NCBI RefSeq assembly: GCF_006345805.1 | Contig: NC_043021.1 | Coordinates: forward strand, 10,416,001-10,480,000 | Length of the DNA: 64,000 nt | Direction: 5' to 3' | From: Octopus sinensis | Lineage: Eukaryota | Part shown: piece after piece, positions 1 through 13,809 of the stretch | Layout of the letters: every line of letters begins with the position of its first letter | Position numbering within the stretch: position 1 is the first letter of the stretch | Made by a program: the position numbers and the translations under genes | Notes under the pieces: generated by a model | The model's database searches: none | Seen by the model: only the letters and a program-made list of their open reading frames with translations | Told to the model about the DNA's origin: nothing

Positions 1-329
1 AATAAAGTTGTTACTCCTCAACATTAGCAAAGCTTTTGACCATATTGGACAATATAGTATTACATACACTACATTAGGAAATAAAAGACAGGGTGGTCAT
101 GACTAGGTCTGTTGCTTAGTCTCTGGGCTGAAAAGGAGGTAAACAACAAAAACACTCAGTAGGTCCCCATTTCTTCTTAGTTACCTCCATATATTTTAGG
201 TCTTTTTCAGCAAGGTAAATTTTTTTTTTTGCATATGTGAAACAGTTTGCCCCAGTTAAAGAGGATGTTGTGGCAAAACACAGAATGCTATGTTATTTAC
301 CATGAAAGAACCTCTCATATGGACTTGCG

Positions 330-593
330 GTGCATAAAAGTACTCCTGTCTAAATCATTGGCAGGTGATAATCATCAGCTATGGCTGCTGGAACTGCCAG
401 ATCACATGATTTTGGCCTTCCTTGACCTTGTCAGTGAAAGACATCCACAGCTAGTCATAGTAGCTGACTCCCCTACCCGCAGTGATATAAATAGAATTTG
501 TCTATTCAGGCACTTGTGTTGCAAATAGCCAATTAAGCAATTTGCATTGTTAATCAAGCCTTTACTACCAACATGTCTTTTGCTTTTTATCAT
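330..593 (-). mobile_element. Highly degenerate CR1/L2-type LINE ORF2 3' remnant (tentative)
   Basis: Minus-strand translation weakly resembles the post-RT region of CR1/L2 ORF2. 5-55 (+) reads KLLLLNISKAFDHI, like the RT motif LDISKAFD. Weak. Confidence 0.3.
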
Positions 594-611
594 ATCTTAC
601 TATTTTTTTGT

Positions 612-836
612 TTAACCCTTTAGTATTTAAACTGGCCATATCCGGCCAAAATATTTAATCTGTTTTATGCTGAAACTGACCAGATCCAGAACCTCACACC
701 TACCCTACAATGTTATTCTACATTAGGTAATTACACCATCAAGATCTTGAAGATATGAGATAATGCATGATTAATTCAAATCAATGGGAATCAATAAGCA
801 TTATGTTTGATAGAATAATCTGAACACTAATGTTAA
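612..836. mobile_element. TTAA-flanked piggyBac-type MITE, family M1
   Basis: Seen: starts TTAA-CCCTTTAG, degenerate right end at TTAA 833-836. Same internal sequence as copies at 27127, 27910, 35160, 52430 and 63190. Confidence 0.7.
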
Positions 837-1669
837 CTCCATAGATACCAACTGCTAGTTTTACAACACAAGGTTTCAAATTTTGAAGTGGTTTCACTAT
901 TTAACTTAAATATAATTTCAAGAAACTTAAAATATGTTTCAAGTAACAATGAAAAAGTTATTTCATTAAATCTTTTCAAATTCTTGATTATTTTCTAAGT
1001 AAAGTGAAAACATGGACATTAAGTTTATGCAATGGGCTAAAGATGTGGCCAATAATTTTATTCTTGTCTTAGATATCTTAAGTAAAATAAAAGTTGACCT
1101 GGGGCTAAACAACAATACAGGTCTTTTTTGGGGCGGGGGTCGGGGTGCTTTGCATCTATTATCTCATATCAAAGACTGACCATCTTTAATGTGGATGCAT
1201 CGTTTCCCTAACAGTAGTGAAGGTGATAAGACTTCTTCCAAATTACAACTGACTAAAGATTTAAATTTATAAAATCTGTAACGAGCATGTTAGTTACCTT
1301 TCAATGATACATATGCTATAATTCTACATTTTCTCATGGAGTCATTTTGTGTGGAGACAGGTAAACGTGTTGAATTACATTTATTACCAACACCATTAAA
1401 TAATTTTTATGAATTTTAGTATTTAAAAAAACACACACACACCTGATTAAATATAACTTCAGTCTACACAAATAACAAATACTAGTAAATTTTTGCAGTA
1501 TTTTTAAAATTTTTTTTTAAACAAAATTGTACTGCATGAATTCGAAAAGTCGGTGAATAGATTAAGCACAAATTGAAAAGCAACTACTACTATATTTAAG
1601 CTGAAGCATGCCAAGGAAAGGAATTTGATTAAGATATTTTCTCAAACTCAGAATATTTATATTTACATT

Positions 1670-2225
1670 CTGAAGCAGGAACAGCTGAGTAATCCCTTAC
1701 TGATGCAGATGCAGCCCCGTACTGAGGCAGGTGCAGCCCCATACTAAGGCAGGTGCAGCCCTGTACTGAGGCAGGTGCAGCCCCGCACTGAGGCAGGTGC
1801 AGCCCCGCACTGAGGCAGGTGCAGCCCCGGACTGAGGCAGGTGCAGTCCCATACTGAAGCAGGTGCAGCCCTATACTGAAGCAGGAGCAAACTATGGCAG
1901 CCATATAAAGCAGATGCAGCTCACAGTAACTCCATACTGAGGTAGGATTAGCCCACAACAGCTCCACACTGAGGCAGGTGTAGCCCACTGCAGACCCATA
2001 CAGAAACAGAAGAAAAAATACAGTAACCCCAAACTGAAGCAGAAGCCATATACAAAGCAGGTGCAGCTGACAGCAGCTCCATATGAGGGAGGAGCAGTCC
2101 ATTGTAACACCTTACTGAGGGAGGGGCAGCCCACAGCAGTTTCTTACCAAAATAGCTTGTAGAAATCCCTTATCAAAGCAAATACAGTTTGTAGCTATCC
2201 CTTACTGAAGCAGGCACACCTAGCA
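1670..2225. repeat. 22-bp GC-rich minisatellite (ACTGAGGCAGGTGCAGCCCCRY), decaying towards its edges
   Basis: Seen: units start at 1721 and 1743 (period 22). It explains ORFs 1629..2102 and 1892..2134. Confidence 0.9.
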
Positions 2226-3505
2226 GTAGGTAAACCTAATTTGCATTAGTTACTAGTTTATGCTAATATTGTAATATTAATCCTATTCTAAACAATTTTA
2301 TCATCAGCCTCAAAATTCTGATTAAAGAAATTATGATTGTTTCAAATTATAATTCTGTATGGCAAAGGATAGAATTCAAATACAGTGCAGTGGGGGTCAA
2401 TAAATGTTAACTAAGAAAACAGTTAAGAGAAAAGGAGCATTGTTTCAATGATGAAGCCTGCAGAAGGAAAGCAAAGAAGACAATCAAGATGTAGCCATCA
2501 AATCGCAACCAATTCTTTTGGAAAACGAAAAATGTACCTAGTGGTTGGGAAGGGCATCCACCCATAGAAACTGTGCTAAAAATAGATCATTCAAATCAGA
2601 TGTGGTTCTTTAACCTGTCTAGGCATGCAGTAAATCTGGATATGATCTATCTGACCAATATCACTATGGAAAGCAAACAAAATATGATGATGGTTATGTA
2701 TATAAATATACATTAGTAATTGACTAATATTTTCTCACCAGAAAATAATTTAGCTGGCATTTTCTTAATGTCCCATGCATTAAATATGTTCACAGGGATT
2801 TACTCTTCATCCAGTAGATTTCATAACATCATAAATTTAGAATCAGAGAAATAATGAAATTTAGGAGCAATCCCCTGATCCTTTGTCATAATCTGATCAA
2901 AGAGGAGAAACCTTCAAATTTTGGCATAAAGCCAGTCATTTCTGGGAAGGGGGATAACTCCATAAAATCAACACCAGTGCGCAATTGGTACTTATCGTAG
3001 CGATGATGGTTGTGCTGTTGTAGTGGTGTCCTTCTGGTTGTGTGAGGTATGTAGATGAGATACAAAGATGGTTGTTTTGAATAAAACAATGGTAGCTTGA
3101 AATAAGATGGTAGTGGTAACCAATCTCTATTCAAACCAAAGAAACTAAGTACCCATTTTTTTTTTTTTTCATTGCTTATACTATTTATCATTTGTAACTC
3201 CTGACAGAAATGTCTTTTTTTTTTTTGGCACTCGTGACGAGAAATTTGAACATACGAAGCACAAAAGCTGGGACAGACAACACAGAATATCCTGTTCAAT
3301 AGTCTAACAGTTCTTGACAGTTAATTACCTCGGGCATGAGCTTTATCAACCCTTTGAAAAGATGAAAGGCAAAAATCGACTTGGGCAGTATTTGGACTCA
3401 AGAGTGCAGACAGACATTCAGGACAAACACTGCAAAATATTCAACATTATGCCAAGTGAGGATGATGGTAACACTTGCTTATAAGTATCACATGATACTT
3501 ATATC

Positions 3506-3738
3506 AGGCGGCGAGCTGGCAGAAACGTTAGCACGCCGGGCGAAATGCGTAGCCGCATTTCGTCTGCTGTTACGTTCTGGGTTCAAATTCCGCCGAGGTC
3601 GACTTTGCCTTTCATCCTTTCGGGGGTCGATAAATTAAGTACCAGTTATGCACTGGGGTCGATGTAATCGACTTAATCCGTTTGTCTGTCCTTGTTTGTC
3701 CCCTCTGTGTTTAGCCCCTTGTGGGCAGCAAAGAAATA
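3506..3738 (+). mobile_element. SINE family A, full-length copy
   Basis: Seen: GGCGGCGAGCTGGCAGAA head (A-box-like), GGTTCAAATTCC B-box, central GTCGACTTTGCCTTTCATCCTTTCGGGGTCGATAAA domain, ends AAAGAAATA. About 20 copies or fragments in the window. Confidence 0.85.
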
Positions 3739-3789
3739 TATAAGCATCACATGATGTCAAGATGAGGAAACAGTCAGTCAGTCAGATAC

Positions 3790-4140
3790 ATACACACACA
3801 CACACACACTCGATAGGCTTCTTTCAATTTCTGTCAACCAAATCCATCTACAAGGCTTTAGTCCAGTGGTTTTCAACCAGGGTTCCGCTAGTACAGTCCA
3901 GGGGTTCCACAAGAAGTTACAAAACTGCTAAAATCGGCAGATATGTATGCATAAAACTATTAAATTATTGCACAGGGGTTCCTCGAGCCAGTGGAAGGTT
4001 TCCTTGGGGTTCCACTCCAGCAAAATGTTTGAAAAGCACTGCTTTAGTCAGTCTGAGGTAATAGATGATACTCGCTTAAGATACCATGCAGTAGAAATGA
4101 ACCTGAAACCATGTGGTTAGGAGACAAAACTTCTTACCAC
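3790..4140 (-). mobile_element. SINE family B (tRNA head, CORE-like domain) interrupted by a hAT MITE
   Basis: Seen: matches the family B 5' half on both sides of the 3864-4041 insert. Confidence 0.75.
3864..4041. mobile_element. hAT (Charlie-like) MITE with perfect 8-bp TSD
   Basis: Seen: ends CAGTGGTTTTCAA / TTGAAAAGCACTG; CTTTAGTC duplicated at 3856-3863 and 4042-4049. Knowledge: 8-bp TSD and CAG...CTG ends are hAT hallmarks. Confidence 0.9.
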
Positions 4141-4393
4141 TGACATATCTGCACACACATGCACACAACCAACAACTTGGAATCTACAGAAAAGACTTTC
4201 AATGTTATATGAATGCTGTTGCATCTCTGAAAAACTTACAAATTCATGATGACCCTCATAACCACCCTTTCTAACTTTTGGATACAGTTAGGTGTTGTGA
4301 AGACAGATTTTTTTTTTTCACGTGCCTGTATTAGAATATCAAGAAATATTGTAAATGAGAAGTATCAACAGCTTAAAAATATTAATATAATAA

Positions 4394-4535
4394 ATGAAAT
4401 CTATATCTGGAATCGATTTTTGTAATTTCTTCAAGACTTATACACGCCCTAATACCATCAGTATTTACATATCAAATTTGAGTGCAATTGGATGGAGGAT
4501 GCCCGAGATCCTAGAAGACACATACACACACAGAG
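4394..4535. repeat. Dispersed repeat fragment, second copy at about 54920-55045
   Basis: Seen: shared TACACGCCCT(A/G)ATACC...ATATCAAATTTGAG...GGATGGAGGATGCCCGAGATC followed by (CA)n/(TA)n. Confidence 0.7.
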
Positions 4536-4542
4536 AATGGAT

Positions 4543-4574
<32 letters not shown>

Positions 4575-5034
4575 AAACATATATAAGACTCAGTTAATGT
4601 TGTCAAGTAGGTCAGCCTTGCTAAACTAGGCCATTGACCAAAGACATTACAGTCATGGCTATCCGTTCTTTTTATATATCCAAGACTTCTTTAGCTTAGG
4701 TGCATTTTTTTTTTTACGATGGTAGGTCTGATTAAAGAGAAATTTAGCTACTGTTTCTAACAGGTCAAGTAACCATGTAAAGGGTTCCTTGATGGCTTGG
4801 TAGTTAATGTAGTTGCTGACCAAGGAAACATTTCAAACCAACTGATATGCAATATGTGTATGTATGTATAATGTACACTTTCATATATATCCCACATTAT
4901 CTTGTACCGACTAAGGATTATTGCCGAGATGTATGAAACTATTGGTAACCATTGTATGAACTGCATAACACATACACACACACATACATATATACTATTA
5001 TATAATTACATGGTGTCATCAACATTTATATATT

Positions 5035-5378
5035 CTTTTATTCTTTCTTTTACTCGTTTCAGTCATTTGACTGTGGCCATGCTGGAGCACTGCCTTCAGT
5101 CGAACAAATCGACTCCAGGAATTATTCTATCAGTCTCTTTTGCCGAACTGCTACATTACGGGGACATAAACACACCAGCATTGGTTGTCAAGCGATGTTG
5201 GGGGGACAAACACACACACACACACACATGATGGGCTTCTTTCAGTTTCTGTCTACCAAATCAACTCACAAGGCTTTGGTAGGCCTGAAGCTATAGTAGA
5301 AGACACTTGCCTAAGGTGCCACGCAGTGGGACTGAACCCAGAACCATGTGGTTGGTAAGCCAGCTACTTACTACACAG
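5035..5378 (-). mobile_element. SINE family B, full-length copy
   Basis: Seen: same sequence as 38201-38608 in reverse, with a central (CA)n tract. Confidence 0.85.
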
Positions 5379-5500
5379 CGCGGTCGTTAGCCTCAAATCG
5401 CCAGGCCTGGCTGGCGTTTGTGAGAGATGCAGCATTGAGGATGAATGAAGCCAGCTCAACCCACCCCGGGTGAATGCTGTCAAGTCAAGTCAGTCAGTCA
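5379..5500 (+). mobile_element. 5'-truncated RTE-clade LINE 3' end
   Basis: Seen: near-identical to 34123-34241, ending in a CAAGT/CAGT repeat tail. Confidence 0.8.
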
Positions 5501-8500
5501 CACAGCCAGTACTGTGCCTATATATTGATTATTTAAGGTTACTTTAATTAAAAAGTAATTAAAATTTCAAAACCCATTGGTGACTTTTGAGCTACTTTAC
5601 ATTTGGCTTATTTGTAGTTCTAAACTATATACCTTTCACCTAATTAGTTTTTTTTTTCCAGGGCAGAATAGAATTTTTGGTGCTGCTTTAGCATGTGGCC
5701 CACTGCAATGCCTGTAATTTATGCTGAGATGACCAGGTCTAGTTAAGTATTAGGGCTAACGTTTAGGTTTGGGTTAGACTGCACACTAACATGTAAATCA
5801 TGTAAATGGTCAGGATGCTAAGGAGGCATTTTTTTTTGTTTTTGTAGACCTAACTCAGTCACAACCACAAAGTTGTGTCACACATCACACTAGCTCTCCA
5901 CCTCAAACCTGTATTAACGACCACTAATAGCACCGCTCATTGTATACATCTATCTGCATAGTGGTTCTGAACCGTTTTTCACCTATGAATCCCTTTGATT
6001 CTTATTTTACTTGATTGGACATCCATTGCCACTTGATGTATGTATATATAAATCTTACTACATAATTAAATATCGTTAAGAATTCTATAAAAAGATTAAA
6101 GTATTTTGTGTATTGTGGAAGTATAACCAATTTATTGTACATAATTTGAACAAAATCTTATGAGGGCCCCCAAGGATCTGATGGACCTTGATCAAGGACC
6201 ACTTATTCATGCACCACAGCTAATTATTCGTTATGCCAGCAACATTCTGGAATTTATTGCAGATAATATTGCAGTTACTGAAGCATAATAAATGCAATTA
6301 TCTGCAATAAATTCTAGAACTTTGCAAGTTCATATCCCGTCTAGGCCGACTTTGCCTTTCATTTTTTCAGGGTCGATAAATAAGTGTCAGTTGAGCAGTA
6401 GGGTTGCTGTCGTCGGCTGTCATATACCCCAGAAATTGCTGGTTTTGTGCCAAAATTTGAAACCAACATTGCAGTCAGAAATTCACCTAAGTCACGTATA
6501 ACCAAGGTGCACTAAAAGCCATCAAGGGGTTTGAAATTTCAATGACCTTTCACTAACCTTAACCAATCTACCAGGAAAAAAAAAAAAAAATTTGAAAGAA
6601 ATCAATAACCCAAAATACTATCGATGTACTAACTGAATATCGATGCATTGCTATTATCGAATTACATTTTGTAAATTATATTATTAATAATGAATAAAAT
6701 GTTTACAACCAGAAATATACCTTTTTATTTTAGCCCCTTGGTGATTTTTTTGGGGGTCACAAACTTATACTTTTAATGAAAAAAAAATTAGGAAAGATAT
6801 TTTTTAAAAAATCGTTTCCATTCGTACGAAGGAGTAATAAATTCGTTAAAAAAAATGCAAGCATACAAATTTGTAAGAAACCAAAACAGAAAAATATTTT
6901 ATATATATATAAATGATCAGAAAAGTGCTTCGTTAGATGTTCACCTTAAACGCCGCCGCAACACAATATCAAGGTCAAGGATGAAGTTGAAGGCTGTTCG
7001 CGATCTGAAGGTCATTACAGCTTGCATTATTACAACTACACAAACTTGCCGAAATACGTAACAGGATATGGAATCTAGCAGATAACAGTCGTAAAAACAA
7101 GGCCGCCAGATCACAGAAAACCACAAAGATTAAACATAGAATCATTACATACTTTATCATAAGACATTGAAACTATGTATGTACTATGTGCATGTCTATC
7201 TAATTCCTTCAAACTACTCATTTCAGAAGAAACTTAATAGGCACTCGAATCAGCAGCAGCGGCAGCTAGTGAAAATGGGAGAAATAGGTTTTAAACAACC
7301 AGCAAAAATAGCAGGTATTGTCGTCTCTAAAGGAAGAGGTTGTGTGGCAAGTGATGGGTGCGGAGATATGCACTGTTATTACATGTAGCATCTGCAGTAG
7401 AGATAAAGGAACGGAATCTAGGCGACTAGCACTATCCCAGTAAAATATAACCAAAGAGTACCGAGCAAGGACTAGCATAAATTATCATTCAGAGTTGGCA
7501 CAAGAAATCAATAAAGCAAAAGCGGTATCAATGCGCTAAATGAGCACCCGATATCAACGGACCATGTAGTATACATACGCACATACATATACAGGCACAA
7601 ATAGATTTCTGCTTTACGAATCTTTATATGAGTGGGGTGGAAGAAATGATAAAACTGTGCCGTTCATACCGTTTCTAATATCAGTGGCGACTTCTGTTTC
7701 GCGATTTCATCTGGAAATCGAAACCATAACCCCATGATATAGACGTGCAGCCGCACGTCCAACAAAGAGATAGTCAGCGGCGCCGTGACAAGAGCGATGA
7801 CATTGACATTATAAAAAATGTCACAGCCTTATAATGTATACAATTTTAGTCGAGTCAGTCTCTTGCTACTCAGAGTTTCACCCATATATAGGTGCCCAGG
7901 ATCTGTAATGCAGAAATTGGTGACGTAATGGTCAAATGCAGATTTAAAAAGTTACCCAATTATTGCAAGATAAATCAACATTCCGAGGCTATTTGCTATT
8001 ATCATATAGTCATCAGGACCGCCAATCCAAAGTAATTTATATTGCAACGCAGCTTTAACAACTAAATATTATAAAATAATAGACAGACATTGTTTAAACA
8101 AGGCAGTTTTTGACAAGCCTACATCACACTTCCCTGTTCATAAAATACAATTTGAAACTTTTTCTTCCATATCTAAGACTCGTTATACTAGTCCACAGTT
8201 GATATTTCTAAGCGGGTTAACTTCAAATACTTAATATATTACCAAGGATAATATATTATAAGTGAATTAACTAACACTCTCAATTTAAAGTACCTTAAAG
8301 ATATTTTAAGCACCAATTCGAGAAAGTCCCACAAATGTCACTAGAACTTTTTCCCCTTTCAACCTAAAATCAGTTTTAAAATCATTTTTTAAGATCGTAG
8401 TACTTTGGACAGATGAGGTCTTCAACCTTTTTTAATTGATTAAAAAGATTTGGGTCATTATCTACTGAACAAAATAAGATAAGACATAAACAGTTGATAA

Positions 8501-9314
8501 ATTAATACACGTTTAATGTAGAATCACGTACAAGAAATATATTTTTTTTTCTTTAATCGCTCTTAGAAGACAGCTGTAAAGATTGTTACCACCAGTGGGG
8601 GTAAAAAAAAAAAAAAAGTGACATTATTGATGAAATCTTAACACCAAAGTTTAAACATCATGAAATGCAGAAAGAAATTTGGAGACGGTTTATATCGCGT
8701 CTCCTTTTTGAAACATTGGTTATTTTCCACGATTTATATATTTGGGTGATTGACTTGATGTGCATATTGTGAGAGGAACCTACAATTGTTACATTGTAAT
8801 AATGTAGATCAATGTAGTGAAAAATTAATATATATCCCTGTCGGTCGAAACAATTAGTTGAACTGCACTTTATATATATATATAATTATATACAGACACA
8901 CTTAACCGTGGTTATTCAATATTGGTTATTGTATGCTTTGATGTCTGTGTGTATATATATGCGGCTGAATATTCCATATACGCTTGTACCCTTAACCTAA
9001 TCCGTCTTCCAGCACGATCAGGTGATTAGAGTCGTGTGTGGCAATCGAATTACAGGTACAGAAGTTACAGGTACAGCGAATCAAGAGGGTTGGTGGGGGG
9101 GATAAATAGATACACACACGGCCCTCAATATCTTACTGGTACTCATTTGGGTCGACACAAGGGATAAAGAAATACGTAGCCCAAACCCACCAGGATTTGT
9201 GAAGCTAAAAGAAAATTAAGGATAAAAAGTGTGCAAAGCGAAATATTGAAGTTAAATAGTCAGTTTCACGAATATCATCGATGACGTCACTGATTCCGTG
9301 ATCAGTGGTATTCG

Positions 9315-9375
<61 letters not shown>

Positions 9376-9962
9376 CAGTAGAAGAAATAGCCAAATTTTT
9401 GGCTGCTATTTCTAAAAAGCTCGGTATGTGGTAAAGCAAATTATTTTACTTTACCCTATTTTTATATACACACATTAGTTATGCATATAACAATTATTTA
9501 TTTGGTGTATATAGCACCATATATATACATACACACACATTAATTATGCGTTTATTAACATTAAAGTTACAACACATTTGTGTATAATTTACATATGCAT
9601 CTGTGAAGATTGAGCAATATATATATATATATATATATTGATATTTGGTATAAGCACACAGAGTGACTCGAGGATCGAGAGTTTCGTGCGTTGGCACTTA
9701 CCACAGTAATATATTAAAATGGACAATATATAATAATATATTAGTTGCTTTTACTAAATATTAAATAAAACAAATATGCAAATTACTCATATTTTAAATC
9801 TTTAATATCCTGACTGCACCATCGAACATCATATATATATATATATAGTCCTAGAGGGTGACAAGGTGACAACTTGAAAAAGAAGCTGTCTTGCTACAAA
9901 GTAGAAAGATGACTCTGAAGGTGAAAAAATAATTTAATCCATAATCGTTAGTCCAACATCTC

Positions 9963-10006
<44 letters not shown>

Positions 10007-10041
10007 AGCATATACCTTGCATACATACATTGATCACACAT

Positions 10042-10082
<41 letters not shown>

Positions 10083-10929
10083 CCCATGCATGTATAATTA
10101 ATATGTGGGATGTTTCTAATAATATTAGCCAATGTCCAAGACATCTGCGAATATATACAGAATTTATCAGACAGAAAACAAGAGAAGACAAGAAAATGAA
10201 AATATCTATTGTGCTACAAAAAAATAGCTAATGGTTTCTCTTCAGTTTTTCTTCTTTTTTGTTCGTTTAGTTTAAATTAAAAGCCAATAATTGGGGGAAA
10301 AAAAAGACAAAAAAAACCGTTCTTCTTTTCTTTAAAATTATTATTAATCAGTAACAGAAACATAGAATGAAATGTAAGAAATGTAAAGTAAAGCCTGAAA
10401 AATATCACCTTCAAGGACGTTGTGTCAAGGACACCAAGTCAAGGTCATAGGAATGGAGATTATATATATATATATATATAATAAGAGGTATTACATATTC
10501 ATTCGTGTTTAAAAGCTTATTAAATAACATTGATAGTGCTGAAGGCTTTCAGGTTTAACAACAAAAAGGGTGAGAGGTTAAAGGGATTGCAACTAATAGG
10601 GGTGATATAATAAGATTTTTTACCCTTTGTCCTTAGTTAAGATGAAGATGTGCTCAAAGTGACGGCTTCAAGACGAAGACGCTGTGGCTGGGATAGATAG
10701 TTATATATATATATAGTTGTATAGATTGCTCTATGTACATATATGGGCATAACTCGTGACCACGAGAACTGACACCGCAAAAAAAAAATATTTATTGATA
10801 TATTTTCGAAATTACAAATAAGATAAATGTTTGTTTAGTAAATAAATTTCGTTTAATTAAAAAAGTTTCGTTGTATTTTAGTATTTAGTGTAATATATTT
10901 TTTTTTAAATCGGAAATAGAGAGAGAATA

Positions 10930-11478
10930 GCGATAAAAAAATATTAATAGTATCGTGGAGTGTCGTTCGTGGTCGGTAATTTCCGTCTTGTTCTCGGTAA
11001 TGTACGCCACCAGCTCCGTTAATCATCTACTGCTGCTGCTGCTGTGGCTATTGCTACTACTTGTTAGTAGTGCTGCTGCTGCTGCTACTACTTGTTATAG
11101 TACCGCTGCTGCTGTTTACTACCGTTAGATAGTATAGCTCGGTGTTTGTGATTCACAAGTAGTAAACATGGAAGTTGGTAGATAGGCTTAATATTTATAT
11201 TTCACGTCAGTGACAGCCAACAACAACCCCGACGGAAATCATTCATTTAAATCCAAATTAAGACCCCCCGCCTTCTCTCTCTATCTCTACAATCACAACC
11301 AAAAATTTATATCAAGTTTTTTAAAGGAATCGTCAGTGCGTTATGTCATGGTGATCTGTAGACAACTGTGTTGGCTTCACTAACTTTTTTGACTTTTTTT
11401 TTTACCACTGCTGAAACTTTCCAAAAAAAACCGACAACAAAACTTAATCAAAACCATTTTTTTCTCTCAACACAAACT
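10930..11478 (+). promoter_or_regulatory. Probable promoter / 5' UTR of the ACAP gene
   Basis: Seen: transposon-free, CpG-retaining stretch immediately upstream of the ATG, with (CTG)n/(CTA)n runs at about 11030-11120. TSS not determinable from sequence. Confidence 0.5.
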
Positions 11479-11531
11479 ATGAGACCCGTCATTGAATTTA
11501 GGGAATGTCTGAAAGACTCACCATACTTCAG
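11479..11531 (+). CDS. ACAP2: First coding exon of an ACAP/centaurin-beta family Arf-GAP (BAR-PH-ArfGAP-ANK); encodes MRPVIEFRECLKDSPYF(R)
   Basis: Seen: ATG at 11479, 17 codons plus AG, then GTAAGT donor at 11532. Knowledge: ACAP proteins begin with F-x-E-C-L-K-D-S-P-x-F-R (human ACAP2 MKMTVDFEECLKDSPRFR), and from memory the vertebrate first intron also interrupts this Arg codon. The symbol is nominal: invertebrates have one ACAP1/2/3 co-orthologue (CenB1A-like). Confidence 0.88.
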
Positions 11532-11589
11532 GTAAGTCAAGATTTATTGCTTATCGCTTTTTCCTAAACCGATCATTCTTTCCTTAAGT

Positions 11590-12130
11590 TATACCCCTCC
11601 CATTCTTATCAGTTTCTTTCTTCCTTTCTTTATTTGTTTCCTTCCTTCTTTCTTTCTTTATTTGTTTCCTTCCCTCCTTCTTTCTTTCTTTCTTTGTTTC
11701 CTTCCTTCTTTCTTTCTTTCTTTCTTTGCCTTTCTGTCTCTAAATGTTTGTCTGTCTCTTAAACGCCTATCTCTAAGTGCCTATTTTTCTACCTGTCTGT
11801 CTATCTGTCTCTAAATGCCTGTTTAATAGTCTATCTATCTGTAAATGTCTGTCTGTCTATGTATCTCTGAATGTCTGTCTATCTATCTATCTATCTATTT
11901 GTCTGTCTGTCTATCTATCTATTTGTCTGTCTATCTATCTCTCTCTCAACGCCTGTCTCTCTCCAAATGTCTGTCTATCTAACAGTCTATCTGTATCTGT
12001 CTACCTGTATTTAACTGTCTATCTGTATCTGCCTGTCTATTTTTACCTGCTTACTTATCTATCTGAATCTATCTAACTCACTGTCTATCCGTATCTATCT
12101 TGTTATCTATCTGTCTATGTCTACTCTGAT
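11590..12130. repeat. Compound (CTTT/CCTT)n then (CTAT/CTGT)n microsatellite at the start of intron 1
   Basis: Seen directly; explains ORF 11777..12076. Confidence 0.9.
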
Positions 12131-13809
12131 CGATTTGTCTATGTCTTCGAAGAATTCCTTTCCTTATTTTTCGAAACCTCTATCTTTCAAATAGTTTCCT
12201 TTCCGGAATTAACCGTGTCTATGACAGGGGTGGGAGTGAAGAAATGAATACAAAAAAATGAAAATATATAAATAGCAACACCTAATTGTTTAATGAGAAA
12301 ATAAACTACCACCAGGACGTTTCGGCAGAATTTGCACACAAGATACCGGATAAAATGTCTCGCAGTAATTTCGCCTCGTCATTCTATGTTCTGTACTCGA
12401 ACTCGGCCCTTGGTCGAGTTTTTTAACCTCCTTTTGCGTATTCATTTTTTTCCAAGTTTGATAATTTAATCTATTACACACTTCTGCTTGTAATGTCGCT
12501 CAACCAATGCCCTTGTGACAATAAATTAATCATTGTTATTTATCGTCATGATGATTTAATATTATTAAAATAAGCGCCCGTTAAGTAAGTACTGCCGGGG
12601 CAGCTTAATTGGCAGCATCTCCCCCCCGCCTCGTCCTCTTAGATTCGTGGCCTTTTGCCAATGTTATAAATAATTTTTTTTCATTACAGGAAGAGAGCCT
12701 CGTCCGAAATGCCTTGTATTTTTTTTACGTTCTGAATTCAAATCCCGCTGAGGTCAGCTTTGCTTTTGATCCTTCGGGGCTCGATAAAACCAAGTGTCAA
12801 ACAAGTATTGAAGTTGATATAATCGATTGTTCCCTCCCCCCCTCCAATTTCTGGCCTTGTGCCTATCTCAGAAACTATTCGACTGTTCCCCCTTTCCACA
12901 AATATTTTTGTCTTGTACTCATGATAGAAATGATTAAAGGGCAGTGGATTAGTAGAATCGTTAATTGATTACTTCGCAATAATTTGTTCTAGCAGTTTAC
13001 GTTATGACCCCGAATCCTGTCGAGGCCCGAGATCAACCCTGCTTTCACTCTTCTCGGGTCCGACAAAATGCTAATCAGATGTGGAATCGACATTAATCGG
13101 AATATGGCCCTCTCTCTCTCTCTCTCAAAAATCTGTGTCCTTGTGCTTTCTTTACGCTTAACAGATCATTGCAGATTCCAATTTTAACTTTTATCCTTCT
13201 GGAATCGATTAAACTACGTACCAGTGAACTATTTAGTCAATTGATATGATCAGCTGGTCTTATCCACCCTCAGAATTTGTGTCGTTTTGTATAATTTTGA
13301 AAACATAATTACTACTCTAAGCTAGCCCCAAATAATTGAACAGATGTCTGATCAAAAGTGTTTCAGACGCAAACCCCCTTATATTTTTTAGAAATATGTA
13401 GCACAACATCTACATTTATCTGAATATCTTTCCGCCCCCATCTATTTTTTTTTTAAACTGTGCGATTTGTGGGAGATTTGACTGCTATTTGTATTAAGTC
13501 GAACGAATTCCTTAAGAGACCCCACAATTACGTGTCTGCTTTTAATGTTGGTTCTCGTGTGTTATAAAGCAGGCTAAACACTTTTTCCTCATTTCCTCTC
13601 CCGCAGTGACTAGATATTTTAGGTTTCAAAGTAAGGAACGGCTCGCGTAATTAAACCTACACCAAGAACGGAAGAACAACCAGAGGACCTCTATGGAGTC
13701 TCTCGACATGTTAAACGTTCAAATTTCCTTTAAAGTTCCTTAAAAATATACCCCTGTCGTTTTAAAATGGAGTGATACTAGGGACAACGTAGTTCTTGAT
13801 ATATAAGTT

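Noticed and set aside
1629-2134. ORFs of 157 and 80 aa
   Set aside because: Products of the 22-bp minisatellite.
8681-8709. GC hairpin followed by a T-run (also 12400-12424), resembling a bacterial intrinsic terminator
   Set aside because: Eukaryotic DNA with no operon context; the second is a SINE-derived fragment; no CTRR follows to make it a Helitron end.
9282-9289. Perfect CRE palindromes TGACGTCA (also 56236-56243)
   Set aside because: Isolated 8-mers in 64 kb with no supporting evidence of function.
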